A stretch of 15,400 nucleotides of DNA, from contig CAMPTO020000001.1 in NCBI GenBank assembly GCA_946965045.2, positions 1 through 15,400 of the forward strand. The letters are read 5' to 3'. A model generated the notes under the pieces. The model made no database searches, was not told the origin of the DNA, and worked only from the letters and a program-made list of their open reading frames with translations. Origin of the DNA: Epithemia pelagica. Its lineage: Eukaryota; Protista; Bacillariophyta. A program made the position numbers and the translations under genes. Positions 8,901 through 15,400 of this stretch are shown here, in pieces. The first letter of the stretch is position 1; every line of letters begins with the position of its first letter.

Positions 8901-9907
8901 CACAAGCACAAGCACAACCACAAGTACAACAGCGACGACGACCTGGTCGCATGGCCCGCCGACGATCCACTGGCAATTGCTCGATACCTGTTGAAGCAGG
9001 CAATCCAGAAATGGATGAAACGAATCAGCAGATACTGTTGATGGACCGAGATGACAAGAACCGGAATTTGCCTACCCCAACGACGACGGGACAACCACCA
9101 GCGACGAGAAGAAAGTCGTTATCCGCATTGGGCATGAACGGCAGTGTCCACAAGCAGCAAAAGGAACATTCAACTACCACCAGCCTGGAGAAAACTAGCA
9201 ACCGCCACCAGGATGCCACATCGACTCGACAACGTGCTAGTGCGGGTCGTGGTGTACAAATGGCTCGTCGCAAGTCTACCGGTGGACTGGACTTCGAAGC
9301 ACAACCCGCAAACGCAAACAAAGCAACCATTCGATATGATGCCAGTGAGCCTTTCCATACACAAACAAGTGTTGTAATGGATAGTAATTCTCCGTCACTG
9401 CTACGAAGAGTGGGCCGAGTGAATTCCTTTCGTTCGTTTGCCTGCGATCCAGACGAATCGGAACAACACCAAATGCCCAACGAGCTCGTACCGACGCAAC
9501 AACCACAAGAACCTCAACCACAACACGATCGACAAGAGAACAAGCAGGAATTCTGCGATTCTTTTACTCCTGGTTCCGGTCCATTTCATCGGTGTCCATC
9601 CTGGGGCAATCTATCCGCCACATCCTCGCTGACCGAGTCGGTCGTGTCCGTGACGAAACGGGAACGCCAACAAGAATCACAACGACGCATGGCCCATGCC
9701 TACCAAAAGGGTCAAACGGAAATGGTTCTCCGTCGAGCGGTGGAATTGGAAACACGACAACGTTACTTGGCCGCACGACGAGCCTGGGTCGTCGACTCTT
9801 CGTCTCGCCAGTTTCGTCGTTTTTCGGCTTCTTCGTCCTCCTTGGCGTTTCGCGAGGACTCGATTGAACGAGCCGACTTGGCCCGTTCGTCTTTTCATCA
9901 GGAATGA
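5995..9907 (+). pseudogene. Large S/T/Q/H-rich, probably disordered protein (~1300 codons) interrupted by a TAG at 7531-7533 and a +1 frameshift near 8610; function unknown
   Basis: ORFs 5962..7533 and 7540..8799 are in the same frame across one TAG. Removing one G at 8610/8611 gives ...SSSRM|PPIIDSPSPSQRIATPTRIGTPSGMGHPSE..., continuous with ORF 8684..9907. The same ~42-aa motif occurs near both ends and MxRRxSTG recurs in the first and last parts. Two separate genes or assembly errors cannot be excluded. Confidence 0.65.
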
Positions 9908-10110
9908 ATGCCCAAAGAGGAGATTGGCCAGTGGCATTGGCATGACATGACGTGGAGTAACTCCACGACGGAAAGCCAGTCGTATTAGATCCCAAATCCT
10001 TGTTTCCTGGAGCTTGTGAGGATTGCCTATATCCTCCGGTAACTTGGATTGTTTTATATTTTAGATAGAGTCCATACAGTTCTGGCTAAAGGGTTCATGT
10101 AACCTTAGTA

Positions 10111-10703
10111 AGGGCTGGGTAAGCCGATCCATGTTCGGCTAAGTAGGCTCAGTACATTAAGCTACGTAGTACTATTTTCATCACTGTAACAAGTGGGGCG
10201 AATGGTCACAAATCGAAAACTTGCTGCCACGAGAAACAATGCAATCCGGAAACCATCACTCGACAATGGTCGAAGAAATCACCCCCATGGCAATAACTTC
10301 ATGGATAATTGAGCCTGCTTGAATCACTTTTAGAATAATACTCTTGAATACTAGAGCAACTATGGTTTCAATTTGATTCAGTCACCGTTGAGAAATGAAT
10401 GAGTTAGGAAGGTTTTTGATTACATCACCAGTATACCTTTTGATCCAACGCGACAAATCTTCTGTAGCTGCAGAACACAGTAATACTAGCAAACTCAAAC
10501 AACTTACAGTAGTAGGATGTTGATGCGATGCATCGGTAAATGCATGCGGCATCAACGGATCTCGCCGTCATCGTGCAGTGTTTTTGCATTTTTTCGGACT
10601 TCCCACCATTTCAGGTATGACGTGTACTATGGGATTTTATGTACCCTACGTAGCTTTGGTACTGAACCTACTTAGCCGAACATGGATCGGCTTACCCAGC
10701 CCT
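10111..10703. mobile_element. MITE / non-autonomous DNA transposon, 593 bp, ~59-bp TIRs, TA target-site duplication
   Basis: Left TIR 10111..10169 and right TIR 10646..10703. The first 37 bp are perfectly inverted (AGGGCTGGGTAAGCCGATCCATGTTCGGCTAAGTAGG). TA lies at 10109-10110 and 10704-10705. AT-richer interior with no ORF in the track. Superfamily not assignable from this alone. Confidence 0.9.
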
Positions 10704-11262
10704 TAGCACTAGGAATTTACACACCTCTCGCGCTTGCTCCATCCCCCGAATGGATAGCCCCCCGAATGGCTAGAGTGGGGGTGGAAACCGGATTTTTTCG
10801 TTGGGGGCGGTCCAGACTTTCCTGTCTTTCGTTTGGGGGCATCCCCCCAAGCATTCGTCTTGGGCCTTCCCCCATTCTCTTAGTACTTTGTTCGCCATAC
10901 TACTTATCAACTGCAGTTTGCAGTTGCCGCAGCGAATGCATTCTCTCCGTGGTTGGGCCTTTTTCTCTCATCCCCCACAACGGCTGTCCGTGGCGCAGAC
11001 AAAACAACCAAATGGTTTTGGTAGTACTGTTTGGCTCTGTAGAGAAAGAGGGTTACCATCAATGTGAGATCGACGAAAATTGCGAACTGAAAATCTCCAT
11101 CACCGTTCAGCCACCCTCACAGATCCAACCATTGCAACTACCGACTTCTCGTTTGACACTTGTCGCACTCTACGAGAGAAAGAGACGTTGCAAAAGACTT
11201 GGCGTGTCTTTGAGAAACGACACAGCGAAGAAGAAGAACCGAGAAGCAAGAAGCAAGAGACC

Positions 11263-11451
11263 ATGATGGAACACGCGAGTACCAACACGGCCATTGCGAC
11301 AGCCACCCCCAAGTCGTCAAGCAACAGTCACAAGGCAACCACAACGACGACAACTTCCCAAACGGCCAAAACGACGGCAACCTACATTCCCACTTCGGAA
11401 GAATTGACGCAAGCCATTAAAGCCATTGTCGATTCGAATCAAGATACCAAG
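11263..11451 (+). CDS. Exon 1 of a hypothetical single-pass membrane protein
   Basis: First in-frame ATG of ORF 11080..11952. T/S-rich start, ending ...EELTQAIKAIVDSNQDTK at the consensus donor AAG|GTACGT. Confidence 0.75.
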
Positions 11452-11533
11452 GTACGTCAAAAGCGAGAAAGACTGCGTGTGTTTGTCGGTCTGGACCGCT
11501 TCTCTCATAAGAAATCTTTTTTTCGTTTCACAG
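11452..11533 (+). other. 82-bp phase-0 spliceosomal intron
   Basis: GTACGT donor and TTTTTTTTCGTTTCACAG acceptor. Splicing joins the frame of ORF 11080 to the frame of ORF 11426. Confidence 0.85.
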
Positions 11534-12979
11534 ACCCCCTTGTCCGTGTCGCAAGTGCAGGCCCAACTCCTCAAGGAGCATCCCACCTGGAATGTGACGC
11601 ACCATCGAACCACGCAATGTGCCGAACAAGTCAACCTAGTCGCCCTGTCGTCGTCGTCCAAAACCTCGAAGGCCCCCTTGGTGCTTCCCCTCGTCACGGG
11701 GGACAACAATCCCCATCCAGTCGCCGCTGTCGACGACGATGCCGTCTCGGCCTCGTCCACCTTGACGGGTTCGACGCTCAATGGTGGCAGCAAATCCTCC
11801 AAGAAGAAGAACAAGACTCACAAATCTTCCACCAAACTACCGGCCAAGCGCACCACGACCACTCCTACTCCAACGACGACCAACACCACTCCATCCTCCC
11901 CCTTTCGTTTTCGGTCGTCGCCCTCGCGCAGCAAATCGACCACCAGCTGTAGCAACAACAGTTCCTCGCCGGCTCCCACCTTTCGACAACGATTCTTTTC
12001 CTTGCCCTCGTCACCCTTTCGAACGGCCACGACTTCTCCACGTAGTAATACTGCTCCATCCACACCCACCAAAAAGACGCCCACTACTCCTACTACTATT
12101 GGTAAAGCCCAAGCGACCAAGCCCCACGAAAAAGCTGCTGTGACTTCTTCCGCTGCAGTTCTTTCCAAACAAGCTTCGGCCAAAGCCAACAACAAGAAGC
12201 AGCCAGAACCATCGACGGTCGAAACCAAGAAGACGGACAAGAAGGAAGAACCAAAGACTGTGGAGGATGTTTCCTCCTCCTTGGTAGAACCACCTGTCTT
12301 GGAGAAAAAGGTGGTGAGTTTTGACCACCACGAACTTGGTGCCGACGTTGCGAAGAACAACACCCCGGAAGCAACTGGTGAAAAAGCCTCGGTCGTTGTC
12401 GACGTGCAACAGCAAGATTCCTTTACTCGTGTGCAGTCTCGGGCGCGTGCCGTCCTGCTCATTGTCGCGGCACTCCTCTTGCTGCCCGTCACAACCCTCG
12501 TGTTGGTCAGTAGTGGTAGTAGTAACAGCCCCAAGGCCGAACCAGCGGTGGTGGTCCCCGAGCAAGAATCACCACGAGAGGAACCCGCCATTGCTTCACT
12601 CTTTTCCGTGGCCTATTGGTGGGGTTCATCCCCCGTGGATCCTGTGGTACCAAACGACGAACAGGAACAACCGGTTCCTGCTCGCTCCTCCTCCACCTGG
12701 TCCTACGTCTGGTCGTTTGTTCCGTCGTCTTCCACAACTAAGGACGCAACTGTGATTCCTCTCAAACAAGAAGAGGTGCCACCCGCTCATCCGTCACCCT
12801 CCTCCTCGTATTGGTCCACCTTGACGGGATCGCGCAGCAGTTATCACGATGAACCAACAACAACCACAACCGTGGAACCGTCTTCTCCAGCCACTGATGC
12901 CACTCCCTCTCGGACATTTTCCCAGTATTGGACTTCGTCGTCGTCCTCGTCGGATGCACAAGATACGGCACCCAACTAG
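11534..12979 (+). CDS. Exon 2 of a hypothetical single-pass membrane protein (~544 aa spliced)
   Basis: Open frame TPLSVSQVQAQLLKEHPTWNV...DTAPN*. S/T/P/K-rich linker, hydrophobic segment AVLLIVAALLLLPVTTLVLVS, and an acidic P-rich tail with Trp-containing repeats. Confidence 0.8.
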   Translation, partial: TPLSVSQVQAQLLKEHPTWNVTHHRTTQCAEQVNLVALSSSSKTSKAPLVLPLVTGDNNPHPVAAVDDDAVSASSTLTGSTLNGGSKSSKKKNKTHKSSTKLPAKRTTTTPTPTTTNTTPSSPFRFRSSPSRSKSTTSCSNNSSSPAPTFRQRFFSLPSSPFRTATTSPRSNTAPSTPTKKTPTTPTTIGKAQATKPHEKAAVTSSAAVLSKQASAKANNKKQPEPSTVETKKTDKKEEPKTVEDVSSSLVEPPVLEKKVVSFDHHELGADVAKNNTPEATGEKASVVVDVQQQDSFTRVQSRARAVLLIVAALLLLPVTTLVLVSSGSSNSPKAEPAVVVPEQESPREEPAIASLFSVAYWWGSSPVDPVVPNDEQEQPVPARSSSTWSYVWSFVPSSSTTKDATVIPLKQEEVPPAHPSPSSSYWSTLTGSRSSYHDEPTTTTTVEPSSPATDATPSRTFSQYWTSSSSSSDAQDTAPN

Positions 12980-13825
12980 TCATGGAGAGTCTCGAAACAA
13001 CAGAGTCATGCGGGTACTCGGAACCGTCGTCCATGTCTCTCTACTCTATTTTATATTTGTAACTGAATTGAACCCTGGGGAAATACTAGTATAGGAACGA
13101 ATTATTTGTTCTTCTTTAATGGTCTGCCGAACGACTCCATCAAGAGTCGAACGAGGCAACGAGTCCAGTTGCATGTTTTGGAACGAACATGTAGGCTTAT
13201 TCCAACAGGACGGGAACGTGCCAAGGAAAACGTCGTGCCGGAACAACAACCAGGCACCTCAGCAGATCGTGTTTGGTATTTGTCCATTCCAAATGGACCA
13301 GAGTCAGCCCTTCTGGTCCGAGGAAATTTGGATAGATGATACATGTCTTCGAATAGTTTCGTAGGCCATTGGTTCTTTGGGTTGGACTATACCGAGAAGG
13401 TTAATCCAGCCCAACTGGACGGTTCCAGTCGCCAGAGAACACGATTCTTCTCCAATCTCCAAACGCGTTCTCACAGACCAAACGAAAAAGTACCATGCCA
13501 TCCAGAGGTGCGAGGGGTGAGAAAGTCCCTCCAGCCAGTCGTTCGGAATCATCCTCCTGCAGGTTGTCCATACCTTTGCTAGCTAGAGGTATAGGGGGAG
13601 TACTTGCTTTCTCGAGTGGTGGAGACAAGAAACATACAAGTTATTACAACAGCTATTAAAATCCTATGAATCACTCTTTGTGTATAATGTACTGTATGCA
13701 GAAGAAAATGTGTGGAGAAACTTCATTCCACGCCCTTTTTTTTGTGTGCAGAGGTATACAGGGGTCCGAACGTTTGGTTCCAAACAAGACAAGAGACGCT
13801 TCGGGAGGAGAAACGTACCGATCCT

Positions 13826-13827
<2 letters not shown>

Positions 13828-13870
<43 letters not shown>
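13828..13870. repeat. (TC)21 microsatellite
   Basis: Perfect TC dinucleotide run. Confidence 0.98.
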
Positions 13871-13877
<7 letters not shown>

Positions 13878-13884
13878 TTGGTTA

Positions 13885-14745
13885 TTAGTTGGTCATGGCT
13901 TGTTCTTCCTCCTCATGAGGATTCCGTTGCAACAACCAGGACCAGGCATTGCTCGCAAAGGAAGTGGTTGTTGTCGTTGGCTCATCTGGTTGGTCTTCCT
14001 CCTCCTCTTCCACAACGTCGTCATAGTGTTGCAACACAAAGGGACGCGAGGCGGCCGTTTGCGGGGGATGCAACTCGTCCAAGACGTGTTGTCCCGTCAG
14101 AGATTCGAACCGCTTGGGCATGGGCAAAGTAGTGGTAAAGAGAGTGGGCACATCGTGCCAATGCCAATGGCCCGTGGTAAATTCCTGCGCCAATCGTGTC
14201 GAGACATGTTCCAACTGTTCTCGCGTCGAATGGGTGCCATTGTGCGCGAGGCACCACCACCAGAGCAAGGCCACCAAGCCGCCCGTGGTGGCCAACAGTG
14301 TCACGAATCCCCACCACGACGATTGTTCGGCGGCAATCATTAAATCATCGAAAAAGGAACTGGGTTCGCGTCGCAACGGAGTTGTTGTCTTGGTGGTGGT
14401 TGGCTGGTCGGTCTTGTTGTTCTTGGTTGTTGGTTCGTCCAACACAATGTCATCGTCAGGTGTCACAATCCCAAAAATCATGGTCTTGTTGTGATCGTTG
14501 TTGTCGTTGGTTCAAGAAAGGGTCCGTTTGTAGGAGTTGAACGTTGTGTTTGTTCTTCTAAAAGTTTGTTTGTAGTATGCGATTGTGGGAACAAGGAATG
14601 GATCGTTCGACCCTTGCCTTGCGCCTCGAGACGAACCATCTGCTGCTGGTGGTTGGTTCTCATTCTTTCGTTTCTCCTCCTCCTCGTAGTAGTCTATTGT
14701 AGAGAGTGTGACAATGGTTCTCGTTTCATCCAGGTGCATCATCAT
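13885..14745 (-). pseudogene. Hypothetical single-pass membrane protein with one in-frame TGA (14514-14512); alternatively an intact 198-aa CDS from ATG 14481
   Basis: ORFs 14512..14745 and 13885..14481 share a frame: ...KRTLS*TNDNNDHNKTMIFG... Hydrophobic segment WWGFVTLLATTGGLVALLWWWCL and an acidic T-rich tail. Confidence 0.6.
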
Positions 14746-15294
14746 GGATCATGCTTCTCTTGTTCCTCGTCAACACAACGATCGATATGGTCGGTCCTGA
14801 CACCTTGGTTCGCTTCCACCGATCCACAGACTTTCTGCCTTGTTTTAGAGAACCCAGATTCGCCGGGGGGGGGGGGATTTGGGGGAGAGAGTTCGATGAA
14901 CGATCCGGCCCAACGCGAAACATAATATGTGACGCATGCCCACGTGGCATTCGGAAGGCGCGCGGGAATTAAGGCAAGTAAGAACGCACGCCGGCTTATT
15001 CTGATTCGCACGCCTTCTCCACATGCGCGCGCCAAACACTCCCCTCTTTGGCGACGCTGCGATTGGCGACGACTTGTTGCCGCCAAAAAGCATTCTCAGC
15101 CCCCAAACTCAAACTGACTCGGCCATCCATTCAATCTCCTTGTTACGCACCTTTCATTTCGCGCTCGTTCCAGAGATTCCGCCAAGTTCCATACATTGCT
15201 TGAGATTGCTTGAGATTGGTGTCTCTCTTCTGGAACGACCACGATCGAGAATCTGTATCCTCTTGAATTTGCCATCAAGTCCAATCGTCCATCT

Positions 15295-15371
15295 TCAGGC
15301 TCTATTGAAACGACGAATCGCAAGAACGAGATTCATTGATTGACGAATCCGAAACAGAGCTCGAGTCAAAT
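15295..15371 (-). CDS. Possible terminal exon of a gene continuing beyond the window
   Basis: Acceptor-like TTGTTGTGTGTGTCTGTTGCAG ends at 15372 on the minus strand. Two frames are plausible: LTRALFRIRQSMNLVLAIRRFNRA* (stop 15297-15295) or FDSSSVSDSSINESRSCDSSFQ* (stop 15304-15302). Confidence 0.3.
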
Positions 15372-15400
15372 CTGCAACAGACACACACAACAAGAACTCA

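Noticed and set aside
10682-11266. 194-aa ORF starting inside the MITE TIR
   Set aside because: It begins in the transposon end and crosses promoter-like sequence; most likely spurious.
13046-13628. Cluster of 67-82 aa ORFs on both strands
   Set aside because: GC content looks coding-like, but every frame is interrupted and I recognise no domain. Needs BLASTX.
2255-14514. Stop-codon reassignment or programmed readthrough as the cause of the in-frame stops
   Set aside because: Both TAG and TGA are involved, the same codons end apparently normal genes here, and frameshifts co-occur. Mutation or sequencing error is simpler.
14865-14885. G12 run plus GGGGG as a possible G-quadruplex
   Set aside because: The homopolymer length is unreliable and nothing else supports a function.

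Overview
This is the left end of a eukaryotic chromosome, probably from a pennate diatom. That assignment is inference from TTAGGG telomeres, compact genes, a GTACGT intron donor and low-complexity proteins. Bases 1-549 are a (CCCTAA)n telomere. Bases 550-5326 are a subtelomeric mosaic of broken copies of what appears to be one divergent gene family resembling telomere-linked RecQ helicases. It holds three N-terminal Zn-finger fragments (A1, B, A2; minus strand, pointing at the telomere) and one C-terminal fragment (C; plus strand) with a RecQ-type Zn motif plus a CCHC knuckle. No helicase motor core is present. Four of the five internal joints fall on the same CC(C)TTAGG(G) motif at the promoter-side end of a unit, each preceded by palindromic or repeated subterminal motifs. 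The outermost copy is cut mid-ORF and capped directly by telomere repeats, in a frame that stays open into (Val-Arg)n. This suggests a mobile or recombinogenic telomere-building element with a defined terminus (inference). From 5327 the sequence is unique within the window. It contains a ~1300-codon low-complexity gene broken by one stop and one frameshift, a 593-bp MITE with ~59-bp TIRs, a two-exon single-pass membrane protein gene, a (TC)21 microsatellite, a convergent single-pass membrane protein gene with one in-frame stop, and a possible last exon of a further gene at the right edge.
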